Source of the DNA: an archaeon
GTDB lineage: Archaea > Iainarchaeota > Iainarchaeia > Iainarchaeales > 0-14-0-20-34-12
Assembly (NCBI GenBank): GCA_038046645.1
Contig: JBBSVU010000001.1
Span: 11,078 to 62,747 of the forward strand
Length of the DNA: 51,670 nt
Direction of reading: 5' to 3'
Shown: piece after piece, positions 9,567-18,489 of the stretch
Layout of the letters: every line of letters starts with the position of its first letter
How positions within the stretch are numbered: the stretch's first letter is position 1
The notes under the pieces: generated by a model
Database searches by the model: none
What the model was told of the DNA's origin: nothing
The model's input: the letters and a program-made list of their open reading frames with translations, nothing else
Made by a program: the position numbers and the translations under genes

Positions 9567-12500
9567 ATGATTGGGGAAAAGTTAGCCGGAATATATGCTT
9601 CATTGGAAGAAAAATGGTATAACCTGCTTGATTTCCTAGAAAATAAAGGAATACCTGTTGGAACATACAGCAACTTCCTTGAAGGAAAAGGCATTCCTTC
9701 ATTTCCATTCACCTTAGGAATTATCATACTGATTATTGCAATATTATTTGTTTTATTCACGGCAACATCCGGCGTTTCATTAACTGTGCAGATTTCAATA
9801 AAGGATGATGCAGGCAATGGAGTAAACGGGGTACATCTTGTTGTGACAGATTCAAAAAATACTGTCCTAAAAGATACAAGTGTTAATGCAATTTCTACAA
9901 TTGATTTGGGGAATGTTCCTGTTGGCGCAGACTTAATTTTTTCAGCGACAAAGGATGGTTATGATGTAGGGATGTCTGAATTTCAGGTAACAAATATATC
10001 TGAAAACATTGAAATTGTCCTTGAAAGGCTTTTGAATTATATTGATGCTACAATAAAGCTTGCGAATAAGGATACTTCAGATCCGATAACGAATGCAATA
10101 GTAAAATTAGTGAGCGAGAATAAGGAATATATTGCAATTCCGCAGGATGATGGAACATTCTTTGTAAGCGGCATTCCGCAGAATGAGGACATAAAAATAA
10201 TTGTAGAAGCAGACGGTTATGAAACGTATGAGGATATTTATTCATTCAAGGAAGGGGAAACAAAACAAATCCCTTTATCGCCAAAAAGTATTTCATTTGC
10301 AGGAAAAACTAATTTGCTGATAGATGTTTTGGATATTGATACCTCAATCCCGATAAAGGATGTGCAGATAAAAATAATCAATTCAAAAACAAATGGAATG
10401 ATAAGTGAGTTAAAGGAAACAGATGGGCAATTCACAGGAAAGATTGAGACAGGCACGAGCATAAAATGGATTGTTTCAAAAGAAGGTTACCTTAGCGAGG
10501 AAGGCGGGCCTGAAACATTGGTAAGTGGGGAAAGGAAATTAAAAGTATTCCTGAAGAAGGGCGGTGAAGAATTAAATGTTTACCTATTAAACCAAATGGA
10601 ATTTCCAATAGCCGGGGGAACCGCTGGTTTGTACAATGAAAAGGCAGAATTCTTGGACAGCAATGTTACCGGCATCTCAGGTTCGGTAAAATTCCAAGGT
10701 TTAGACCCTAACAAAATATATTACATCACAGGGCATAAAGATGGATTCTTGCCAGCAAGAAAAAAAATCAGCGTTTCTGACATAAAAAGCATTTCACTTA
10801 AATTAGAGCCGATAAACGGGGAGAATTCAGCTACTTTATTAATCAGGGTTTTAGACCTGCAGGAAAAATCCGTAAATAATGCAGATGTTGTAATTTATGA
10901 AATATTGGATAATGAAACATTGCCTATGGGCTATGCGTCATTAAAAACAGATTTAACAGGCAAAACAACTGTAATTGCGCCTGTTGGAAAAACTCTCCTG
11001 GTAAAAGCAAGCAAGGGATTTGATGAGGGCAATGAAACAATTGTAATGCAAAAAGGCGCAACAAATGAGATAACAGTTTACATTGCACCAAAGGCCACAT
11101 TAATAACTTTAAATCTGAAGGATGAAAAAGGAAAAGCGATTGAGGGGATTGCAAAAATAATTTCAGTCACAGGCGATATTTTATTTGATGGGAATGTAAA
11201 GGACGGCAAGGTCATATTTGAGCCAAAGGAGAATGAAACCGGGATTTTACAATTGACCTTTGATGATGATTCCACATATGAGGAACAATTGGATTTCAAG
11301 GAGCAGAAAGGAAAGGAGATGGAAGTAACTATTTACAAAGATGCAGCAGAATTAGCACCCAAGATAGAATATTTAGGAATAGTAGATGATAAGGGAAATG
11401 AGGTAACTGGAATTACAAAGGAAAAATATTACTGGTTGAAATTCCAGTTGACAAGCGTTCCAAACATGAGTGAGACCGGTGTTCACATAAGGGTTGGAAA
11501 GGATAATGTTAAATTTGTTGATTCACAGGCAATTGCTATTTACGGATTTGACAGCACAGCACAGAAATTTACATTAGGCAGAACATACTCACCAATTCCA
11601 GAGCCAGGCAGCGAAGGGATTGACCGCAAGAATATCGGGTCAAACGGAAAGGCAAACAAATGGCTTGACCTTGTCTACAAAAATGCTGCTGATGTTGAAA
11701 TAATCAAAGTAAAGGTACTTGCAATGCAGACATTGCAGGAAGAAGAATTTGAAGTGCATTACCGCGCCTGGACAAACATAAAGAATGAATATTACAGGAC
11801 ACCGCATGATGATATCCTTGATAAGGCAAAATCCAGCCAGAAAAGGAACCCTTTATATGCAGAGACACTTACCCAAACAGTAAAGGTATTTGACAAGGAA
11901 GAATATGTGTGCAAGGAATCATTCTGCCTTACTTATGTTTTCTATGATGAATTCGGCAATAAATATGCAGAACAGGAATTCAGCCCAACAGTGAATAAAT
12001 CTTATGCTGTTGAATTTACCATATTTTCAAATGAAGATGGAACTGCAAAAGGAATCCTAAGCACAAATGCAAAAGAGCCTTCGCTTTCATATTCAGGATG
12101 GATTGAAGGTTCATTTGTGAATATTCCTGCTACATCAAATAAAGTATATGACCTTTCATTTGATTCTGCAGTAAGCCAGAAAGAAGGGAAAAAGATTACT
12201 GCGTTTTTCCTGCCTGACAAAGTAGGCTCTACATACATTAACCTGAAATTAGCATCAGGCGAAAAAGTGCTTGAGAAGAATCTGCTAGTGAATATTACTG
12301 AAGAAGGCATACTGAATATTGCTACAAAACCAAATGCAATTGCCTTGGGAAAACCATTTTGGATTGTAGTGAGCGATGCTGCTTCAGGAAAATTGCTTGA
12401 AAATTTAACTATTGTTATGACTGATGACAAAGGGAAAAATGTCAGCACAATCGCAGGGAATGGAACAAAGGACAAGGGATTAAACGGAGAATATGCAGCA

Positions 12501-15500
12501 GGCTCAGGATTGCAAACCGGCTTGTACCATATTGAAATAAACAACCCGAAATACAAGAAAGCTGTAAAGGATATTCTTGTTTCAAAGGATGATTTATTAT
12601 TTATCCAGCCAGAGGTAAAGGTTAATTTGGGTTATGGGGAACAGGCAAAGGCTGAAAAATTGCAGGTAGAAAATAAAAGCATCTTCAATATTTCAGCAAT
12701 AACCTATGAATTGCAAACTGATTCTGAATTTGACAATAACTTTAGCGTTAACCTTGCAGTAATGTCTGCAATTGATGCAGAGAAAAAAGGGATGTTTGAT
12801 TTAACTGTTACATATAAAGGAGATAAAGAATCAAGGATACATTCAGAAGCTGAATTAATAATCAGGGGAATGGTAAATGGGTTATTCCCTGTGCAGGCAA
12901 CAACAAAATTGATATTGAATTATAATAAAGAATTAGAAGAAGATTGTTTAGAGATAGAACAAAAACAGGTGGCATTTTCTTTAGTAGGAACTACGGGAAC
13001 GCAGAGCAAGGAAAAAATAAAGCTTATTAATAAATGCAAGGAAACTCTGAATTTGAAAACAGATATTGAGGGATTGAAAAGCAATTCAGGATTGGAAATT
13101 GGCGCGCCGGCTTTTGCATTAAAAGCAGGGGAAGAAAAGGAGATTGAATTAACTGCAATAAATAAAATAGACCGCATGTATTCACAGGCATTGCAGCAGG
13201 CATACAAACTTTATTTCAAATCAGCACAGCTCACAAAAAGCATCCCTTTAATGGTAATATTAAGGCATCCTTTGTACTTGCTGATGACTAATAATAATAT
13301 TGTGATGTGGCTGAATGAAAAGGACAATAAATGGGAAGCGAATGCCCAGCTTTATATGAGAAATGTTGGTGAAAAGCCAATCAGGTTCATCAGGTTTACA
13401 ACATTGAACAGGCCACAAAGCATATTTATTGAAACATCCAATTATCTGCAAAATTACATGGCAAATCCAAATCCCTGGGACACTGGTTCAGTAGGGCAGT
13501 CATATTTCGGCGCGATGAATCAGATGTATAATACTGGAATGCCGGCAGGCAGCAATTCTGGATATTTAAGCCCGCAATATGATCAATTTGGGACAAATAC
13601 TAATAATTTAGGTTATCCTAATTCAAGCAATCAAGCATTAGGCGGCGGATATCCATATTCCTCGGGCTTAAACCAAAATTCATTATATGGTTCAACTGGC
13701 ACAGGCTATCCATTCTTTGCCCAAAATATGACATTATTGCCTGGACAGGAATTAATGCCTCCTGCTACCATAAATGTTAAAGCAAATTCAATAAAGGAAT
13801 TGCAGAAAGGGCCGTTGCAGGCAAGCATTATGATAATGGGAAATATTGAAGGCAGGGATTATCCGCTAAGGGTTGTAAATGTATGGCTGTATGTAACAGG
13901 CACTGAATGTTTAAGGGTAGTAGCAAAAGAATCCCTGGATTTTGAAAGCAAGGAATCTAAGGAAGGGGTAATGACTAAAGACCTTGAAATATCAAATATG
14001 TGCGCTGAGGAATTAACCTCATTAACGCTTGAGACAACAAATTTAGGGGCAAATAAATTGTCAATAAACATGCCAGGCACAATGATTGGCCCAGGGCAAA
14101 AAATAGATGCACAGCTTGTGCTTGAAAAAGCCGGTGATTATAGTACTGGGGAATCTCCATTAAAAACAAAGGTAAAGGCATTAATGGTAAGAAGCCAGCA
14201 ATTTACTTATTCTGCTCCCCTAGATATAAGTGTTTTGCTTGGGGAGAAATTCGCAGCAAAGGGAAAAGCAACATTGGCTGAAAACCTGCAGATATGCGAC
14301 GAGAAAGAAGGAAAAACAAAATCAGTGAAATATCCTCTCATAAACAACAAAGATTGTGGCGAAGGGTATTGTGATGCTGAATCAATGGCTGCATATTTAT
14401 TAAAAAGGGCTGATGAAAAAATCAACCTTGTAAAGAAAAGGATAAAGGACGCGCAGAATGATGCAAGAAATTTCAGCTGTGCAAGGACTGATTTCTGCAC
14501 ATTCCCTGAATTAGGGGTATCGTCATCTTCGGTCGGGGCATTCTTGCAGAATGATTCTGTTACAGAGGATTTGCTACAGCACATAATTGAAAAGGATTAT
14601 ATGAATCTGAAAGGATTTGTAGTAAGGGCAAGGGATATCAGCGCTGAAGAATTAAGTTCTGCATTTGAAATCCGCACAGTATTAATCAGCTCAAACATGA
14701 TGGGCTGCGGAAAATATAAGATAACAATTTCCGGAGGAGCGCAAAGAACCGGAAATAAATTGAATGAAGAGGATTTGTCTGTTGTCATAAGTGTGGAAAA
14801 GGAATCTATTACAGAAGAATGCCAGCCAAGGGTTCAAAATACACTTAACTTCATGCCAAAGGACCTTTCATTGAATCCTGAGAATTCATTCAACACATGG
14901 TTAGGAACAGTAAGCCTGACTGAAGAAGGGCTTTCAAAAGAAAATAAAGAGGATTTGAAAAATATTGCACTTGAATTCGCAAGGAATTTATTCAACAGCG
15001 AAAAAAGATATGGTGAATACAACTCAAATGTATTAAGGGTTACTTTGGGCGATGCTGGCGGAGCTTTAATGAAAATAACTATGGATACAGGTTATGATCC
15101 TGATATGCCAGAAAAAAGAGAAGTAACTGTTACAATAAATAAAGAATATTTGAATGTTGCGGAACCAGAAAAGAAAAAACAGATACTTGCAGAGATTGCT
15201 GCTGCAATAAAATCCGTTGCTTCGCAGAAATATACTGGATGCATTTCAGAGGATGAAGGCACATTATTGATAAAGGATTTGCCAGAAGGAATAGGTTCAA
15301 TTGCATTAAAACCAGCAGAAAGAAAATTAGGGTTAAGGCAAAAGAATGAAAGCTGCGTTGATTTCAATGTTTTAGGAATCATAAAGGATATGGAAGTAGA
15401 AATGCATTCAAACTGGGAATCACTTGAAGGCAAATCAGGCATTTCAGATGTTTATTTCAAGGACATGAAAGGAAAAAAATTAAAAGAATACGGGGATGTT

Positions 15501-18416
15501 GCCAACGGAACATCAATTAAATTATCAGAGAAGGGAGAAAAGGGAGAATATTACCATACTATAAAATTCTGTGCAATCGGTTCTGAAGAAAGGATTACTT
15601 TGGCAACAGGCACACAATTGACAATTAAAGCAAGAAGCACAAGCATTGCAAAGCTTGAAAGCAATGAATCCATAATAAAGATTGAGGATTGCGGCATTGA
15701 CCCAATTACTTTAATGAAAAAGATAAAGGAAAGAATGAAGACTTTGAAGAATGGTGAATTTGTTGATACTTATGTGCCAAATGTAAGCTGGAACTGCAAT
15801 TCCTCAGATGTTGTTCCAATAGGAAAACTTGCAAATTATTTCACAATGGGATTCGGTTCAGGAAGCGGTAATGCTGCAGATACTAATGCAGGTTCAGCTG
15901 TTGGAAATGGTTCAGCTGCAGGAAATCCTACTGTGGCTGCACAGGGAAATGTTACTCCTAATGTTCCATATATGCAGCAGAAGGAAGCTGAGAAATTTAA
16001 TAATTCATTATTAAAATATACAATGCATTGCGCCTGGGCTTCTGGTGCATGCAATGCTGCTATTGGTTTCTGGAGAGGCGGCCCAATACTTGGAGCATTA
16101 TCAGGAATAGCTTTGGATTGTGCATTGCCTGCAGGAATAGCAAAATATGCAAGCGGAAATAAAACAGCCAAGGATGCAGCTGCACAGGTTACTGAATGGT
16201 TAAAAAATGTTCCAGACCCATCAACCGGATTTGGCGGCCCAGCAGTTTTGCCAGAATCACAGATGCAGCAATTAAATATGGGAAATTTATCTGAAGAGCA
16301 ATACAGAACATTGCTCGGAACATCAATTATAGGCACAACAACACAGTCATTGATAATGGGGATGAGAAGGTATAATGCTTACCTAAGCACAAAGAATTAT
16401 AACGATGTTGCAAACAAGATGTACGCACAGGCAAAGAAAGCATTTAATGCTGAATTATTTGACGGAAAAGCCCCGAAAAAAGTGCTTAATGAATTCGAGA
16501 AGATTTATCAGTCAAAAATAAAAGCAGCAGTGGAAAAGGCCGCAAAATCATGGTATTCAAAACCAGCAAAATTAACCGAACAATCAATTGCAGCTATAGC
16601 GAATGAAGCTACATCAGGCCTTGATGCCCATGCATTTGATGACATGACAAAAGAAATAATTAACCTAAGTAAAACAGGCGGCAAATTTGATATTGTAAAA
16701 TTAAAAAAATTAAGCCCGAAATTAGGAACTATTGTTGATGATGCAATAAAAGGGGCAAAAGGGCCCTCAAATATGGCTGGTTACTTAGTTGAACAGCACA
16801 TGAAAAAAGGTGTTTTGGAGGGGCTGCCAAAAACTGCACAAAAAACAATTGATTTGGATCCTGCAAGAGCAGCACAATTGGAAGCTGCATTAACAGCTAC
16901 TCCGCCAAATCTCACTACTGCAGCCAGCATCTATGATGGCTTCTTGGATGATGTTGCAAAAGCAAAAGGCAGAGATTTGGCTGAAGCAATGGTAAATAAT
17001 TTAGAAAAAAGCGCAGGCACTTCATTAAGCCAGGCATCAAGAAAAGAACTGGTAGATGAATTTATGGCCAAGGCAGTCCCGATATTGAAAGGCGGGGCAA
17101 AATATGATGTCGGTGGCACAGGAAAAGACCAGGCAAAGAAATTATTGAAAGCATTATTTGAATTAAACCAGGGGGCAAATATCTCAATACAAAATTTCAC
17201 GATGAGTATTGGCAACCTTGATATAACTGCTGCAACACAGCAGATGACAAAAATAAAAGCTACATTCCCTAAAGACCTTTTGGAATCAGCTGTCGGTGCT
17301 GGTGGCAGCGGAATGGTTTCAAAGATTGATGATTCAATAATAAAACAGCTTGGCGATTTAATGATTGAAATAACTGATGTTGATGGCACTGTTAAAAAAG
17401 TAAAATTAAGTGAAGTAGGCGACTTAAGCAAAAAAGCAGAAGACGCATTAAAGAAAGCATTTACTGAGGGGGATGCTGCAGGAAAAGCAGTCAAATCAAC
17501 AGAGGCAAAATGGTGGAAAAAAGTAAAGCCAAAGAATTTCTTAAAATTATTGGCAAAGCCTGGATTCTGGCTTGATATGGGTTTGGGATTAGGATGTGGA
17601 TTGGCTGCAAATTTAGCAGGATATTACTTAGGGTTTAAACCGACATGGGAAGAGATGACACAGGAAGAGGACAATAGCATACCAATAATTGTGGGATCTC
17701 AAGGGGTTAATGTTGACAAGGATGGGGATGGAAAGCCGGACCTGCAGTTAAAAGGCGAAGATAACATAATGAAAGGAAATTCATATGTTGTTACTGTTGG
17801 AAAGGATTCCAAAGGAAAGCCATATATTGCATTCAAGAAAGTAGATAGCAAACCAGAAACAGCAAAGGAAGAAATTGAAATGGATTGCACAGGCGCATAT
17901 AAAGATGTAAAACCAGTATTCGGCGGATTAAATGTTCCGGCAACAGCAGGCAATGCATTATTGGATGCATACAAGCAGCATGAAGCAGAATTGATATCTG
18001 CGGTTTCACTTGCAAAACAATATAATTCAAAGAATGAAATCAATGAAGCATTATTGGCTAGCTTGGCAATAACAGGCTCAGGGTTTGGAACATTTAACGG
18101 AAGCTCTTCTACCAGCCCTAAGGTTGACCTTGATGGAGACAGCAAGGTAGATTATATTGTTGCATGCGGAGCAAGCACAATGCCTGGCAGGGATAATGTT
18201 CCAAAGAATGATTCACAGAAGGATTTCTTGTGTGCTGCATATGAAATGTCAAGATTAGAGGTATTGAAGAATAATGCAATCGATGAATCTGCGCTTGCTG
18301 AATATTACAATAATATTTCACCGCAGTACAGGCACAGCTTAATCTCTAATGTTAATTCATATGTTGCAAATGTCAAAGCTATTTACAATACATGGAAAGG
18401 CTACCAGATAGAATAG
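9567..18416 (+). CDS. Giant membrane-anchored surface protein 1 (carboxypeptidase-regulatory-like/Ig repeats; toxin-like C-terminal extension)
   Basis: 2949-aa ORF; N-terminal YxxLEEKWY...IPSF plus TM helix; repeated xxKxGY Ig-like motifs; conserved blocks shared with three paralogs in the window. Confidence 0.9.
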   Translation: MIGEKLAGIYASLEEKWYNLLDFLENKGIPVGTYSNFLEGKGIPSFPFTLGIIILIIAILFVLFTATSGVSLTVQISIKDDAGNGVNGVHLVVTDSKNTVLKDTSVNAISTIDLGNVPVGADLIFSATKDGYDVGMSEFQVTNISENIEIVLERLLNYIDATIKLANKDTSDPITNAIVKLVSENKEYIAIPQDDGTFFVSGIPQNEDIKIIVEADGYETYEDIYSFKEGETKQIPLSPKSISFAGKTNLLIDVLDIDTSIPIKDVQIKIINSKTNGMISELKETDGQFTGKIETGTSIKWIVSKEGYLSEEGGPETLVSGERKLKVFLKKGGEELNVYLLNQMEFPIAGGTAGLYNEKAEFLDSNVTGISGSVKFQGLDPNKIYYITGHKDGFLPARKKISVSDIKSISLKLEPINGENSATLLIRVLDLQEKSVNNADVVIYEILDNETLPMGYASLKTDLTGKTTVIAPVGKTLLVKASKGFDEGNETIVMQKGATNEITVYIAPKATLITLNLKDEKGKAIEGIAKIISVTGDILFDGNVKDGKVIFEPKENETGILQLTFDDDSTYEEQLDFKEQKGKEMEVTIYKDAAELAPKIEYLGIVDDKGNEVTGITKEKYYWLKFQLTSVPNMSETGVHIRVGKDNVKFVDSQAIAIYGFDSTAQKFTLGRTYSPIPEPGSEGIDRKNIGSNGKANKWLDLVYKNAADVEIIKVKVLAMQTLQEEEFEVHYRAWTNIKNEYYRTPHDDILDKAKSSQKRNPLYAETLTQTVKVFDKEEYVCKESFCLTYVFYDEFGNKYAEQEFSPTVNKSYAVEFTIFSNEDGTAKGILSTNAKEPSLSYSGWIEGSFVNIPATSNKVYDLSFDSAVSQKEGKKITAFFLPDKVGSTYINLKLASGEKVLEKNLLVNITEEGILNIATKPNAIALGKPFWIVVSDAASGKLLENLTIVMTDDKGKNVSTIAGNGTKDKGLNGEYAAGSGLQTGLYHIEINNPKYKKAVKDILVSKDDLLFIQPEVKVNLGYGEQAKAEKLQVENKSIFNISAITYELQTDSEFDNNFSVNLAVMSAIDAEKKGMFDLTVTYKGDKESRIHSEAELIIRGMVNGLFPVQATTKLILNYNKELEEDCLEIEQKQVAFSLVGTTGTQSKEKIKLINKCKETLNLKTDIEGLKSNSGLEIGAPAFALKAGEEKEIELTAINKIDRMYSQALQQAYKLYFKSAQLTKSIPLMVILRHPLYLLMTNNNIVMWLNEKDNKWEANAQLYMRNVGEKPIRFIRFTTLNRPQSIFIETSNYLQNYMANPNPWDTGSVGQSYFGAMNQMYNTGMPAGSNSGYLSPQYDQFGTNTNNLGYPNSSNQALGGGYPYSSGLNQNSLYGSTGTGYPFFAQNMTLLPGQELMPPATINVKANSIKELQKGPLQASIMIMGNIEGRDYPLRVVNVWLYVTGTECLRVVAKESLDFESKESKEGVMTKDLEISNMCAEELTSLTLETTNLGANKLSINMPGTMIGPGQKIDAQLVLEKAGDYSTGESPLKTKVKALMVRSQQFTYSAPLDISVLLGEKFAAKGKATLAENLQICDEKEGKTKSVKYPLINNKDCGEGYCDAESMAAYLLKRADEKINLVKKRIKDAQNDARNFSCARTDFCTFPELGVSSSSVGAFLQNDSVTEDLLQHIIEKDYMNLKGFVVRARDISAEELSSAFEIRTVLISSNMMGCGKYKITISGGAQRTGNKLNEEDLSVVISVEKESITEECQPRVQNTLNFMPKDLSLNPENSFNTWLGTVSLTEEGLSKENKEDLKNIALEFARNLFNSEKRYGEYNSNVLRVTLGDAGGALMKITMDTGYDPDMPEKREVTVTINKEYLNVAEPEKKKQILAEIAAAIKSVASQKYTGCISEDEGTLLIKDLPEGIGSIALKPAERKLGLRQKNESCVDFNVLGIIKDMEVEMHSNWESLEGKSGISDVYFKDMKGKKLKEYGDVANGTSIKLSEKGEKGEYYHTIKFCAIGSEERITLATGTQLTIKARSTSIAKLESNESIIKIEDCGIDPITLMKKIKERMKTLKNGEFVDTYVPNVSWNCNSSDVVPIGKLANYFTMGFGSGSGNAADTNAGSAVGNGSAAGNPTVAAQGNVTPNVPYMQQKEAEKFNNSLLKYTMHCAWASGACNAAIGFWRGGPILGALSGIALDCALPAGIAKYASGNKTAKDAAAQVTEWLKNVPDPSTGFGGPAVLPESQMQQLNMGNLSEEQYRTLLGTSIIGTTTQSLIMGMRRYNAYLSTKNYNDVANKMYAQAKKAFNAELFDGKAPKKVLNEFEKIYQSKIKAAVEKAAKSWYSKPAKLTEQSIAAIANEATSGLDAHAFDDMTKEIINLSKTGGKFDIVKLKKLSPKLGTIVDDAIKGAKGPSNMAGYLVEQHMKKGVLEGLPKTAQKTIDLDPARAAQLEAALTATPPNLTTAASIYDGFLDDVAKAKGRDLAEAMVNNLEKSAGTSLSQASRKELVDEFMAKAVPILKGGAKYDVGGTGKDQAKKLLKALFELNQGANISIQNFTMSIGNLDITAATQQMTKIKATFPKDLLESAVGAGGSGMVSKIDDSIIKQLGDLMIEITDVDGTVKKVKLSEVGDLSKKAEDALKKAFTEGDAAGKAVKSTEAKWWKKVKPKNFLKLLAKPGFWLDMGLGLGCGLAANLAGYYLGFKPTWEEMTQEEDNSIPIIVGSQGVNVDKDGDGKPDLQLKGEDNIMKGNSYVVTVGKDSKGKPYIAFKKVDSKPETAKEEIEMDCTGAYKDVKPVFGGLNVPATAGNALLDAYKQHEAELISAVSLAKQYNSKNEINEALLASLAITGSGFGTFNGSSSTSPKVDLDGDSKVDYIVACGASTMPGRDNVPKNDSQKDFLCAAYEMSRLEVLKNNAIDESALAEYYNNISPQYRHSLISNVNSYVANVKAIYNTWKGYQIE

Positions 18417-18489
18417 AGTGTTATTTAGAAAAATATATAACCCATCAACAGACATTCAATAAAATAATGCAAAAAAAAGCCTGATAAAA

